The notes beneath the pieces were generated by a model. That model was not told the origin of the DNA, ran no database searches, and was given only the letters and a program-made list of their open reading frames with translations. DNA of 64,000 nucleotides from an uncultured Gemmatimonadales bacterium (GTDB lineage: Bacteria > Gemmatimonadota > Gemmatimonadetes > Longimicrobiales > RSA9): positions 3,680,001 through 3,744,000 of the forward strand of contig OY970192.1 of assembly GCA_963708135.1 (NCBI GenBank), written 5' to 3'. A program made the translations under genes and the position numbers. Shown piece by piece: positions 36,224 through 46,359 of this stretch. Each line of letters opens with the position of its first letter. Positions within the stretch are counted from its first letter, which is position 1.

Positions 36224-37477
36224 ATGAGACAGTCGATTCAGCGCACCCTCGGCGCCCTGCTGGTGCTCGCCACCGTGCAGGGGCTCGCGGGCTGCGACAG
36301 CTTCTTCAGCGTGACGGACCCGGACCGGCTGCAGGCCAACCGCATCGATCCGGTGAAGGACGGCGAGGTGCTGGCGCGCTCGGCGTACCAGAACTTCGCC
36401 GAGGCGTACGGAGACGTGCTCGTCTACAGCGCCTGGTGGTCCGACGAGGCGCGCGTGGGCGACACGTTCCCGACCCGGAACGAGTTCGGCCGCCGCTTCA
36501 TCGACGACACGAACGGCACGCTGAACAGCGAGGTATGGTCGCCGCTCTCGCGTGCCGCATCGACGGGCGAGCAGGCGGTGCAGACCTTCACTGGCGCAAA
36601 TGCGACCGGCCTGCCGCTCGTGATCGCGGCGTTCACGGCCGGCTACTCCGCGGAGCTCATGGCGGAGACGTTCTGCGAGGGTTCGGTGTCCTCGGAGGTG
36701 AGCGTGGACGGGCCGCGCATGAGCAAGGACGACCTGCTCAACCTGGCCATCGAGCGCTTCCAGATGGTGCAGGACGCAGCGGCCAGCGTGAGCGGCAGCG
36801 AGGCCGCGAACCTGGCCATGGCCGCCAAGGTCGGGCTGGCCCGCGCCTACCTGTTCCGCGCCGACAACGCCAATGCCGCCTCCGCGGCGGCCGGAGTGCC
36901 GGCGGACTTCGAGTTCGACGTGACGTACGTGGACGACCCGGCGAACCGCGGCCGCCTCGGCAACAACGTGTACGCCTTCACGACCGGCCGGCAGTCCCTC
37001 GTGGTGCCGCCGGAGTACCGGGCGCTGGCGGACGCGGGGGATCCCCGCATCACGTACGACGATGCCGGGCACCTCGCGCAGGACTCGGAGCTGGAGTTCT
37101 TCCGGCAGCAGAAGTTCCCGAGCTACGGCAGCGCCGTGCGGCTGGCGTCGGGGCTCGAGGCCCGCTACATCGCGGCCGAGGCGAGCGGCGACATGAGCAC
37201 GCAGCTGTCGCTGGTCAACGAGCGGCGCGCCATCGGCGGCGAGGGGCCGTTCACCTCGACCGATCCGCAGGCCGTGCTCGCCGAGCTCATGCGCCAGAAA
37301 GCGATCGACTTCTGGCTCGAGGGCCAGAAGATGGGCGACTACCGGCGCAACGGTGACCTCGTCCCCTGGGTGCCGCCGGCCGGAAGCGCGTACTACAAGT
37401 CCGGCGTGGGCGACATCGGCACGCAGACGTGCTTCCCGGTGCCTACCACGGAGAAAGACAACAACCCCAACTGGTGA
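36224..37477 (+). CDS. SusD/RagB family lipoprotein
   Basis: Lipobox LAGC; LARAYL; FWLEGQKMGDYRR; FPVPTTEKDNNPN. Confidence 0.88.
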   Translation: MRQSIQRTLGALLVLATVQGLAGCDSFFSVTDPDRLQANRIDPVKDGEVLARSAYQNFAEAYGDVLVYSAWWSDEARVGDTFPTRNEFGRRFIDDTNGTLNSEVWSPLSRAASTGEQAVQTFTGANATGLPLVIAAFTAGYSAELMAETFCEGSVSSEVSVDGPRMSKDDLLNLAIERFQMVQDAAASVSGSEAANLAMAAKVGLARAYLFRADNANAASAAAGVPADFEFDVTYVDDPANRGRLGNNVYAFTTGRQSLVVPPEYRALADAGDPRITYDDAGHLAQDSELEFFRQQKFPSYGSAVRLASGLEARYIAAEASGDMSTQLSLVNERRAIGGEGPFTSTDPQAVLAELMRQKAIDFWLEGQKMGDYRRNGDLVPWVPPAGSAYYKSGVGDIGTQTCFPVPTTEKDNNPNW

Positions 37478-37605
37478 CCCTCCGCGAGTCCGGGCCGGCG
37501 CGCGCAGGCAGCGACGCCGGCTCCGGACCCGGACCGAGCCACGATGCGGCGCCGCCGGGGACGAGCTGCCCCGGCGGCGCGCATCACTTTCGAGCGACGT
37601 CGCCC

Positions 37606-38781
37606 ATGCGAAGCTGCACGCTCCTCCTCGCCTTCCTTCTCGGCCCGGCCGCCCTCGCCGGCCAGCGCGCCACGCTCGCCGGGCGGGTCCTCGACGCCGA
37701 GGCCCGCACACCGGTGGAGGCCGCCACGGTCACGCTGCTTCCCACCGGCCGCGAGACGGTCACGGACGCGGACGGCTACTTCCGCTTCGCGCGCGTCGGT
37801 GCCGGGCGCGTCGCGCTGCGCGTGCAGCACCTGGCCTACGGCATCCACCGGGACTCGCTCGAGGTCGCGGCCGGCACCGAGACGACCATCGTGCTGCTCG
37901 TCTCGCGGCGCGCCATCGAGCTCCAGCCCGTACGCGTCATCGCCACGAGCGCGGGCGGCTCCGCGCGCCGCTCGAACGTGATCACGCGCGACCGGATCGA
38001 GGCGCTCACGCCGGGTGCACGGCACCTGGGCGACATCATCGTCGCCTCCATCCCGGGCTCGCGCCTGCGCGAGTACTCGACGGGGGACTTTTGCCTGGAG
38101 TTCCGCGGCGGCCGCGGCGCCCGCTTCCAGGCGGGGTGCAACACGCCGCTCATCGTGGTGGACGAGCTCCCGGTCTCGCACCCGAGCGACTTCCTGCGCG
38201 ACACGCCACCCGCCGAGATCGAGCGCATCGAGTACATCCCGGCCAGCGAGGCCGGCGCGCGCTACGGCGTGGGCAGCCAGTACGGCGTGCTCGTGATCCA
38301 GACGCGTCGCGCGCCGCGGCCCGCCTCCGCCGCTCCAGCCGGCGCGACCCGCTATCCCGGCTACGCATGGCCCACCGGGGAGCGCGCTCACCCCTGGGTG
38401 CGCGCCTGGACCGCCGCCACCGTAGGGAACGCGGCGGGAATGGCCGCTTCCCTGGCCGCCATGGGCTGTCTCTCGGGAGGCATCGACGTGGCGTGCGTGG
38501 CCGCCCATCAGGGCCCCGGCGCCTATGCCTCCCTCGCGCTCCCCGCGCTCGGCGCCGCTGCCGGCGCGCGCCTGTTCGGCGTGACACGGGGCTCGGCGGG
38601 ACGCCCGCTCTTCGCGTTCCTCGCCACCGCCGCGCCGCTCGTCCTCGGCTACGCCATGTACGCCGACGGCAGCCGCCACGGCTTCAGCGGCTCGCGCCGC
38701 GCCGGCGCCATCCTCGTCCTCATCGGCGCGCCGGCCGCCGCCACCGCGGCGGACGCGTTGTTCCGGAGGCGCAGGCCCTAG
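37606..38781 (+). CDS. Carboxypeptidase-regulatory-like + TonB plug-like protein with hydrophobic C-terminus, no barrel
   Basis: GRVLDAE, TDADGYF; PLIVVDE, EIERIEYI, RYG, GVLVIQT; Ala/Gly-rich hydrophobic tail. Confidence 0.7.
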   Translation: MRSCTLLLAFLLGPAALAGQRATLAGRVLDAEARTPVEAATVTLLPTGRETVTDADGYFRFARVGAGRVALRVQHLAYGIHRDSLEVAAGTETTIVLLVSRRAIELQPVRVIATSAGGSARRSNVITRDRIEALTPGARHLGDIIVASIPGSRLREYSTGDFCLEFRGGRGARFQAGCNTPLIVVDELPVSHPSDFLRDTPPAEIERIEYIPASEAGARYGVGSQYGVLVIQTRRAPRPASAAPAGATRYPGYAWPTGERAHPWVRAWTAATVGNAAGMAASLAAMGCLSGGIDVACVAAHQGPGAYASLALPALGAAAGARLFGVTRGSAGRPLFAFLATAAPLVLGYAMYADGSRHGFSGSRRAGAILVLIGAPAAATAADALFRRRRP

Positions 38782-38874
38782 GGCACGCGGAGCGAGGTGC
38801 CGGGACGGACAATGCGGTTGCCTGGATACGCTCCTGTATCCATCTTGCGGCGCACCCTACCCCACGAGGAACCC

Positions 38875-40287
38875 ATGAAGACGGCAAACGGCGGAGTCGC
38901 GCTGCTCCTTGGAATGCTGCTGACGGGTGCGGTCCGCGCGCCGACGGCGGCGCAGGCGGCACGCCCGATCGAGGCGGCCCGACTGGACAGCCTGATCCGG
39001 CACACCATGACGGAGCGGCACCTGGTGGGGCTCTCCGTGGGCGTGATGCAGGACGGCAAGGTGGCGTTCGCGCGCGGCTACGGCTCGGCCTCGCTCGAGC
39101 CGAGCCGGCCGGTGACGCCGCGGACGCTCTTCGCGATCGGGTCGGTGACCAAGCAGTTCACCTGCTCGACGGCGCTCCTGCTCCAACAGGACGGGAAGCT
39201 CTCGATGGCGGACCCGGTGGCGAGGTACTTTCCCGGCCTCACGCGGGCGCGCGACATCACCCTCCTCGACCTCGGCCAGCACGTCTCCGGCTACCGGGAC
39301 TACTACCCGCTCGACTTCATGGACCGGGAGATGCACCAGCCGCGCACGGCGGACCAGATCATCGAGGAGTACGCCACCCGGCCGCTGGACTTCGAGCCGG
39401 GCACCCGCTGGTCCTACAGCAACACGAACTTCCTGATCCTCGGGCGGGTGATCGAGAAGGTGGCCGGGGAGCCGTTCGCGGAGGTGCTCTCCGAGCGCAT
39501 CCTGGAGCCGCTCGGCATGCGCGACACGCGCTACCAGCCCGAGCGGGGCGGCCCCGGCATGGCCACCGGCTACACCTCCTTCGCCCTGGCCGCGCCGATC
39601 GCCGCGGAGCCGGAGGCCGAGGGCTGGGCCGGCACCGCCGGCGCGCTCTGGTCCACGCCCACGGACCTGCTCGCGTGGGACCTCGCCCTCATCGACGGGA
39701 GGATCCTCGCCCCGGCGTCCTATCACACGCTGACGACGCCGCGCCGGCTGGCCGATGGCCGCTCCACCGGCTACGGCTGCGGCGAGGGGGTGAACGATCG
39801 GGGGGACGCGGTGGTGCTCTCGCACGGCGGCGCGGTCGCGGGGTTCGTCGCCCAGAACGTGGTCATCCCCGCCACCCGCTCCGCGGTGGTGCTGCTGGCC
39901 AACACGGACTTCGGCGCGGTGGGCGCGCTCCAGCAGGCGATCGTGGCGGAGCTCATGCCTCCACACGCGGACGTGCCGGAGATCCACGGCCCCGCGGCGC
40001 TGGCCGCGGCACGCACGTTCCTCGAGGGCCTGGCCCGCGGCACGGTCAACCGGAGCACGCTGGCGCCCGACTTCGACGACTACCTCACGGACGACAAGGT
40101 GCGCGCGGCCGCCGCCGCGTGGCGGAAGCTCGGGCCGCTATCCGACCTCCAGCTCGTCGGCACCCGCGAGCGCGGCGCCATGGAGGTGGCGATCCTGCGG
40201 TTCAGGCTCGGGAAGACGGAGGCGCAGGCGCTGATGTACCGGACGCCGGACGGGAAGATCCAGGAATTCCTGCCGTCGTGGCGCTAG
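38875..40287 (+). CDS. Secreted serine hydrolase, beta-lactamase-like
   Basis: GSVTKQF, YSNTN, HGG. Confidence 0.9.
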   Translation: MKTANGGVALLLGMLLTGAVRAPTAAQAARPIEAARLDSLIRHTMTERHLVGLSVGVMQDGKVAFARGYGSASLEPSRPVTPRTLFAIGSVTKQFTCSTALLLQQDGKLSMADPVARYFPGLTRARDITLLDLGQHVSGYRDYYPLDFMDREMHQPRTADQIIEEYATRPLDFEPGTRWSYSNTNFLILGRVIEKVAGEPFAEVLSERILEPLGMRDTRYQPERGGPGMATGYTSFALAAPIAAEPEAEGWAGTAGALWSTPTDLLAWDLALIDGRILAPASYHTLTTPRRLADGRSTGYGCGEGVNDRGDAVVLSHGGAVAGFVAQNVVIPATRSAVVLLANTDFGAVGALQQAIVAELMPPHADVPEIHGPAALAAARTFLEGLARGTVNRSTLAPDFDDYLTDDKVRAAAAAWRKLGPLSDLQLVGTRERGAMEVAILRFRLGKTEAQALMYRTPDGKIQEFLPSWR

Positions 40288-40290
40288 CGC

Positions 40291-40860
40291 TCAGTCCTGC
40301 TTCACGGCCTGCGCGTCGATCTCGATCTTCACGTCGTTGCCGACGAGCACGCCGCCGGCCTCGAGGGCCTGGTTCCACGTCAGCCCGAAGTCGCGGCGGT
40401 CCACCTTCGTTCGGGCGTTGAAGCCGGCGCGCTCGCCGCCCCAGGGGTCCTTCCCCACGCCCTGGAAGGTGCAGTCCAGGGTGACCTCCCGGGTGGTGCC
40501 GCGGATGGTCAGGTCGCCGACCAACTGGAACTCGTCCCCCTCCTCGCGTGCCGCGCCATCGACCCGCCTGCTCCTGAAGGTGATTTCCGTGTGGTTCTCC
40601 ACGTCCAGGAAATCCGCCGAGCGCAGGTGCTTGTCGCGGTCCTCGACACCCGTGTCGATGCTCGCCGCCTCGATCTCGACCTCGACGTGCGAGGCGTCCG
40701 GGTCGTCGGGGTCGAGCGCGATGGTGCCGGAGACGTCCTTGAAGCGCCCCCGGACGGTGGTGAACATCATGTGCTTCACGGAGAACTCGACCGTCGTGTG
40801 CGCCGGGTCCAGGTTCCAGGTCTCCAGTCCGGTCAGCGTGCCCGTGCCTTGATCCGCCAT
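40291..40860 (-). CDS. yceI: YceI family protein
   Basis: WNLDPAHT, VRGRF, RDKHLRSADF, GDLTIRG, KDPWG. Confidence 0.93.
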   Translation of the reverse strand: MADQGTGTLTGLETWNLDPAHTTVEFSVKHMMFTTVRGRFKDVSGTIALDPDDPDASHVEVEIEAASIDTGVEDRDKHLRSADFLDVENHTEITFRSRRVDGAAREEGDEFQLVGDLTIRGTTREVTLDCTFQGVGKDPWGGERAGFNARTKVDRRDFGLTWNQALEAGGVLVGNDVKIEIDAQAVKQD

Positions 40861-41093
40861 GCTTGCCTCCTCGTCTGCCAGGGTGGGCCGCAGCGCAGCG
40901 GCCCGATCGCTCCTGGATGAACCGTAACTGCAAGAACCGGGCGGAGATGCGCGACGGGCAGCATGGCCCGAGCGCAAGCCGGCCAGCGCGCGGCCCGAAC
41001 CCTGCGCACATGCCTGGATCCGACGACGAGCGGGAGCGCGCACGGCGGTTCCAGCGTCGCCTCCCGCCAGGTCCATCCACGAGAGGAGCGCCC

Positions 41094-41570
41094 ATGGACA
41101 CGCTTCGCATCGGAGAGCCGTTCCCGACGCTCCGCGTCCCGCTGGTGAGCGGCTCGACGCTGGAGATCCCGGCCGAGCTGCACGACCTGCGCGCGGTGCT
41201 GCTCTTCTATCGCGGGCGCTGGTGAAGCCACTGCCGTCGGCAGTTGGCCGACTTCGAGAGTCACCTCGCGGCGCTGGACGCGCTCGAGACGCAGGTGGTC
41301 GCGCTGTCGTCGGACACGCTCGAGGAAGCGCAGGCGACGGTCGAAGAGCTGGGGCTCGAGTTCACGGTGGCGTGGGGCCTCGATGCCGAGGCGACCTCAC
41401 GCGCGATCGGCTGCTACACCGGCACCCACGAGGGACACCCGCACATCCAGCCGGCGGCGTTCGTGCTGGGTGGCGACGGGACGATCGTCCACGCCGTCTA
41501 CTCGAGCGGCAAGGTCGGCCGGCTGACGGCCGCGGACGCGATCAGCATCGTGGAGGGGATGGAAGGCTAG
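41094..41570 (+). CDS. Peroxiredoxin-like (AhpC/TSA, thioredoxin fold) selenoprotein candidate, Sec44 from TGA 41223-41225
   Basis: ORF pieces 41094-41225 and 41244-41570 are in frame: LLFYRGRW-U-SHCRRQL, where the family motif is FYRGxWCPxC; GAGGAG RBS; SECIS-like hairpin. Confidence 0.82.
41236..41252 (+). promoter_or_regulatory. Putative bacterial SECIS element
   Basis: GUCGGC-AGUUG-GCCGAC; stem begins after a 10-nt spacer, loop 16 nt after the UGA, GU at loop positions 2-3. Confidence 0.6.
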
Positions 41571-41591
41571 CCGCGCGCATGGCCTCCTCGC

Positions 41592-43259
41592 TCAGTGGTC
41601 GGCGGCGGAGACGTCGCGGAAGGTGATAAAGAAGTTCGGCTGGACCTCGAAAGCGGCCGGATCCGCCAGGTGGAAGGGCGTCTCCTGCCAGGCGGTGGTC
41701 GGGTGCAGGCGGGTCCAGCCGTCGCCGGAGAGCCGGACGTCGAGCGGCATGTCGAAGCCGGGCACCACGTCGGCCCAGCGGTAGCGGAGGGTGCCCGCGG
41801 CGACATGGTACTCGAGGACGGGCACCTTCGTGGTGCGCAGGTACTCGTCGAAGACCTTCGAGAGGTCGACCCCCGCCTGCTCGCCGATGTAGCGCTCGAC
41901 GTCGGCCCCGGTGACGACCTGGTGCCGGAAGGTGGTGTTCAGGCCGCGCAGGATGGCGCGCCACCGGACGTCGTCGTGCACGATCCGGCGGATCGTGTTC
42001 AGCATGTTGCCGCCCTTGTAGTACATGTCGCCGGAGCCCTCCGCGTTGACGCCGTAGACCCCGACGATCGGGCGGTCGTTCCTGATGTTGGCGCGCGTGC
42101 CGCGGACGTAGCGCTCGCCCGCGTCCTTGCCGAACTGACACTCCGTGTAGAGGCTCTCGGCGTAGTTGGCGAAGGACTCGTGGACCCACATGTCCGCGAC
42201 GTCCGCGCTCGTGATGTTGTTGCCGAACCACTCGTGCGCGCTCTCGTGGACGATGATGAAGTCCCACTGCAGCCCGATCCCGGTGTGGGAGAGGTCCCGG
42301 CCGAGGTAGCCGTTCTCGTAGTGGTTGCCGTAGGCGACGGCGCTCTGGTGCTCCATCCCGAGGTGGGGCGCCTCCACGAGCTTGTAGCCGTCGCGGTACC
42401 ACGGGTAGGGGCCGAACCACCCCTCGAAGCAGGCGAGCATCGGGCGCGCCTGCTCCCACTGCCCCTCGGCCGCCTTCAGGTGCTCGGCCAGCGGCCAGAA
42501 GTCCAGCGTCAGCGGGCCCGCGATCCCCTCGTAGATCTGCCGGTAGTGGGCATACGTGCCGGCGTTCACCGCCACGTCGTAGTTGTTGATCGGGTCGGCC
42601 ACGAACCACTCGTAGGTGGTGGTGCCGTCCCGGTTCTTCGTGGTGGAGCGCAGCCGCCCGTTGGAGACGTCCTGCATGGACGAGGGCACCGTGATGGCGA
42701 TCCGCTGGCTGTCCGGCTCGTCGGTCTGCGTGTCCTTGTCGGGCCACCAGATGCTCGCGCCGATGCCCTGGTTGGCCGTGGCCACCCACGCGTTGCCGGT
42801 GCTGTCGCGCGCCCAGATGAAGCCGCCGCCCCACGGCGGCCGCCTGGCCACGCGCGGGCGCCCGTGGTAGTAGACCGTGACCGTGTGCAGCGCCCCCTTC
42901 TCCTGCGGCGCCTCGAGCTTCGCGAAGAACGCGTTGCCGTCGCGGCGGTACGTGAGCCGCTTCCCCGCCTGCAGCATGCTGTCCACCACGAGCGGCGTCA
43001 TGAGGTCGATCTGCATCTCGCGCGACGCGCCGACCACCCGGTACGTGATGCCGTTCCAGCCGGAGATGCTGCTGTCCGCCGGATCCACGCGCACGTGCAG
43101 ATCGTAGAAGGCGACGTCCCACCACGCCCTCGCCGGCCCGACCGACCCACGCAGCGTGTCCGCGTGCGTGAACACCCGCGCCGTGTCCTGCGCGGCGGCG
43201 GGCGCGGGGCGCAGGGCGAGCGGAGCGAGCGCGAGGAGCGCGAGGGCGGTCGTTCGCAT
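41592..43259 (-). CDS. M1 family zinc aminopeptidase, secreted
   Basis: Signal peptide; LGMEH, HESAHEWFGN, WVHESFANY, YYKG. Confidence 0.93.
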   Translation of the reverse strand: MRTTALALLALAPLALRPAPAAAQDTARVFTHADTLRGSVGPARAWWDVAFYDLHVRVDPADSSISGWNGITYRVVGASREMQIDLMTPLVVDSMLQAGKRLTYRRDGNAFFAKLEAPQEKGALHTVTVYYHGRPRVARRPPWGGGFIWARDSTGNAWVATANQGIGASIWWPDKDTQTDEPDSQRIAITVPSSMQDVSNGRLRSTTKNRDGTTTYEWFVADPINNYDVAVNAGTYAHYRQIYEGIAGPLTLDFWPLAEHLKAAEGQWEQARPMLACFEGWFGPYPWYRDGYKLVEAPHLGMEHQSAVAYGNHYENGYLGRDLSHTGIGLQWDFIIVHESAHEWFGNNITSADVADMWVHESFANYAESLYTECQFGKDAGERYVRGTRANIRNDRPIVGVYGVNAEGSGDMYYKGGNMLNTIRRIVHDDVRWRAILRGLNTTFRHQVVTGADVERYIGEQAGVDLSKVFDEYLRTTKVPVLEYHVAAGTLRYRWADVVPGFDMPLDVRLSGDGWTRLHPTTAWQETPFHLADPAAFEVQPNFFITFRDVSAADH

Positions 43260-43335
43260 CGGGTCATCCTCTGAGTGGGGATCGCTCGCGGAATTTAGGG
43301 CGGGAGGCCGGCTGGCGTCTACCGGCCGGAGGCCA

Positions 43336-43710
43336 GAGTGGGAGAGTGGGAGACGATTGCCGCGGCCGAGGGAATGGCCAGAGTGGGAGAGTGGGAGACC
43401 GGGCGACGATTACCGCGGCCGAGGGAATGGCCAGAGTGGGAGAGTGGGAGAGTGGGAGACCGGGCGACGATTGCCGCGGCCGAGGGAGCATCGGCCTCGC
43501 AGCGCTCGTCGCAACGCTGCCCGAACCGACCGCTTCCTTGCGTGGCGCCAGGCGGCCCGCCGGGGCGGGGCCCGGCTGGCGGCCGGTCAGACCCTGGCGG
43601 CCGGGCCACAGGCCGAGCACGCGCGCCGCCGGAATGGGCGCGAGGCCCGGCACTGCGCGGGGCAAGACGCGGCCGGCCCGGGGTCCCCCACTCCCCCACT
43701 CCCCCACTCC
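43336..43710 (+). repeat. GAGTGGGA-ended repeat element, copy 3 (left module triplicated)
   Basis: Three left modules, a core homologous to copy 4, right end of CCCCCACT repeats. Confidence 0.88.
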
Positions 43711-43740
43711 ATGCTGTTCCGCCCACGCGCGCCGATCCGC

Positions 43741-46026
43741 TCAGAATCCCAGCCGCGCGCCCACGCGCACGACCCTACCCTCCAGCGGCGCCCACTGGTC
43801 GGTGGTCCAGCGGCCGCCCGGGCCCGGCGAGGGGAGGAGCAGCGGGTCCCAGCGCGTCTGGCGCACGTTCGTCAGGTCCTCGCCGTTCGCGAAGAGGGTG
43901 ACGCGGCCGAACCGCTTCGAGAGCAGCACCTCGAGCGTGGCGAAGCCGGGGGTGAAGGTGCGGTACGGGTCGTCCTCGACCCGCTGCCGGCCGGTGTAGA
44001 AGAGCTCGGCGGCCAGGCGGATCCCCGACTCGCCGGGCTCGTCCTCCTCGTAGGCGATGTCCACGCCGCCCGCGTTGCGCGGCGTGAGCGGGAGGGCGAT
44101 GCGCCGCCCCGCCTCGGGCGAGTCCTCGGAGGCGGTGGTGTGGGAGTAGGTCGCCGTGACGAGGAACGGCTCGCGGGCGTAGACGCCGAACAGCTCCGCG
44201 CCGGCACTGCGGATCGGGCCGGCGGCGTTGACGAGTGTGAAGGCGAGCGAGTCCGACGCCAGCCGCTCGGGCAGCACGGGGTGGTGCACGCGGACGAGGA
44301 AGAGCGTGCCGTTCAGCTGGAACGGGCCCGCGCCGCCGCCCAGGTCCACGGAGGCGCTGGCGCCACGCTCGGCGACGAGGGGACCGGGCGGCGAGAGGTG
44401 CACGAAGCCGGCCTCCTCGACCTCCGGGACGAGCGTCGTGGGAGCGAAGAAGCCGCTGCCGCCGGATGCGCGGATGCTCCAGTCCCCGCCCAGCCGCACG
44501 AGCGCGGACGCGCGGGGGGAGACGAAGGTACCGTAGCGCGAGTGGTGGTCGAGACGCGCCGTCGCCTGAATGGAGAGTGGCGCCACGGGCGTGTAGCTGT
44601 CCTCCGCGAAGAGCGAGAGGGTCGTGAAGCCGAAGTCGAAGACGGGACGCTCGCGCTGGGCGAAGCCGTCGCGCTGGGCGGAGGCGCCGATCACGGCCTC
44701 GTGGCGCGGCCGGGTGAGCGAGAGCGTCGCCTCGGCGAAGAGGGTCGAGCGGCGGTCGTGCTCGCGGTCGGCGCCGAGGCGGCGGTCGTGGCGCGTCGCC
44801 ATGGCGGAGCCCCGGATGCCGAGCAAGGAGCGCCGGCCGAGGATCAATCGGCCGATCGCGCCGGCATCCACGTGGCGCGTGTCGAGCGTCTGAGGGAAGG
44901 CGACGCCGGCGGGGACCACGCCCCCCGGCATCGTGCCGCCGGTGCGGTCCTCCGAGATCCCGCCGGCGGTCAGCAGAACGGAGCTCCCATCCCCTCCCGT
45001 CCAGAACAGCCGCGGTCTGGCCTCCGCACGGGTATAGCCGGGAACGTCCGTCCAGCCGTCGCCGCTCGGATCGCCTCGCCGCTGGTGGTGCGCACCGCCC
45101 AGGAAGGTGTAACCCCAGCGATCGCTCAGGCGGCGGGAGAGCCAGACGAGCCCGTCCTCCGCGCCGCGCGAGCCGCCGCTCAGGACCACCTGGCGCGCAT
45201 GGGCGGGGCCCTTCGAGACCAGGTCAACCACGCCGCCCAGCGCCGCCGGGCCATAGAGCGCCGTGGCCGCGCCCTTGATCACCTCGACCTGCCGGAGGTC
45301 CAGCGGCGGGACCTGCGCGAGCGAGAAGGACGGCGGCTCCGCGCCGTAGAGGGGCAGACCGTCGGAGAGGATCAGCGTGTAGCGGCCGGGCAGCCCCTGC
45401 ACGCGGATGGCCGCACCACCCAGTCCGGGCGCGACCGGCTGGATGTGGATGCCGCCCATCTCGACGAGCAGGTTCGTGATGTCGCCCGGGTGCGTCTGCG
45501 ACTTCTCGCCGACGTCCTCCGGCGCGAGCACCTCGATGCGCTCCGGCTCCTCCTCGATGCGCGTCTCCACGCGCGCCGCGCGCACCACGATCGGCGCGAG
45601 CTCCTGCGCCACCGGCACGACCGACGCGAACACCGCCGTGTCCTCGCCCGCGCGCAGGACGAGGTCGAGCGTGTCCACGGAGAAGCCGACCTTCCACACG
45701 AAGAGCCGGTGGTGGCCCGCCCCGAGCGTCAGGCGCGCCACGCCCGTGGTGTCGGTCAGGATAAGCCGGCCGCCGCCGCGCACTTCGGCGCCCGGAAGGA
45801 GCGCACCGCCCGCGGCCACGGTGACGGTGATGTGGGCAGGCGCCTGCCCGGCCGCGGCCCGGGGTGTGAATAGAAGCGCGGCGGCGAGCAGCGCCCAGGA
45901 GTTCCCGCGCGCGAGACCGGGAGCGCCCCCTCGGGCGCGTGTCGCATCCCGGTTCCGGCTGTGCTCAGGCGATCTCGGCAGCGTGGCTCTCCGACCAGGG
46001 TCCAACGCGGCCAACGCACCCAGCAT
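43741..46026 (-). CDS. TonB-dependent receptor
   Basis: IRVQGL, QVEVIKGAATALYG, GGVVDL; C-terminal GRVVRVGARLGF; start uncertain. Confidence 0.9.
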   Translation of the reverse strand: MLGALAALDPGRRATLPRSPEHSRNRDATRARGGAPGLARGNSWALLAAALLFTPRAAAGQAPAHITVTVAAGGALLPGAEVRGGGRLILTDTTGVARLTLGAGHHRLFVWKVGFSVDTLDLVLRAGEDTAVFASVVPVAQELAPIVVRAARVETRIEEEPERIEVLAPEDVGEKSQTHPGDITNLLVEMGGIHIQPVAPGLGGAAIRVQGLPGRYTLILSDGLPLYGAEPPSFSLAQVPPLDLRQVEVIKGAATALYGPAALGGVVDLVSKGPAHARQVVLSGGSRGAEDGLVWLSRRLSDRWGYTFLGGAHHQRRGDPSGDGWTDVPGYTRAEARPRLFWTGGDGSSVLLTAGGISEDRTGGTMPGGVVPAGVAFPQTLDTRHVDAGAIGRLILGRRSLLGIRGSAMATRHDRRLGADREHDRRSTLFAEATLSLTRPRHEAVIGASAQRDGFAQRERPVFDFGFTTLSLFAEDSYTPVAPLSIQATARLDHHSRYGTFVSPRASALVRLGGDWSIRASGGSGFFAPTTLVPEVEEAGFVHLSPPGPLVAERGASASVDLGGGAGPFQLNGTLFLVRVHHPVLPERLASDSLAFTLVNAAGPIRSAGAELFGVYAREPFLVTATYSHTTASEDSPEAGRRIALPLTPRNAGGVDIAYEEDEPGESGIRLAAELFYTGRQRVEDDPYRTFTPGFATLEVLLSKRFGRVTLFANGEDLTNVRQTRWDPLLLPSPGPGGRWTTDQWAPLEGRVVRVGARLGF

Positions 46027-46240
46027 GCCCGCATGGCGGACCTGGACCGGGCGACGATCCCGCGGGCCGCAGGACGCGCGAGCCGGCGTGAGGTGCGGAG
46101 CAGGTCACCTCGGCCGTATCGACGCGCGTGCCGGAACACGTCGCGCGGGAGCCGAATCGGGGGGCGGCACGGCGGGGCGGGCGGACATTTCTGCACGACC
46201 GTCGCCCGCTTTTCGGAGGACTCGCACTTCGAGTCGCCCA

Positions 46241-46359
46241 GCGGACCAAACTCCCCGCTGGTTCGGCGGCGCCGTCGACGCGACGGGACCTTGGTCCGCA
46301 TAGCGGCCCTTTCTGCAAGGGCGGCCCCCGCCCCTCGACGATCCGGGAGTTTGGTCCGC
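46241..46359. repeat. 119-bp element with perfect 15-bp terminal inverted repeats (MITE/REP-like)
   Basis: GCGGACCAAACTCCC 46241-55 and GGGAGTTTGGTCCGC 46345-59; internal variant GGGACCTTGGTCCGC. Confidence 0.7.
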
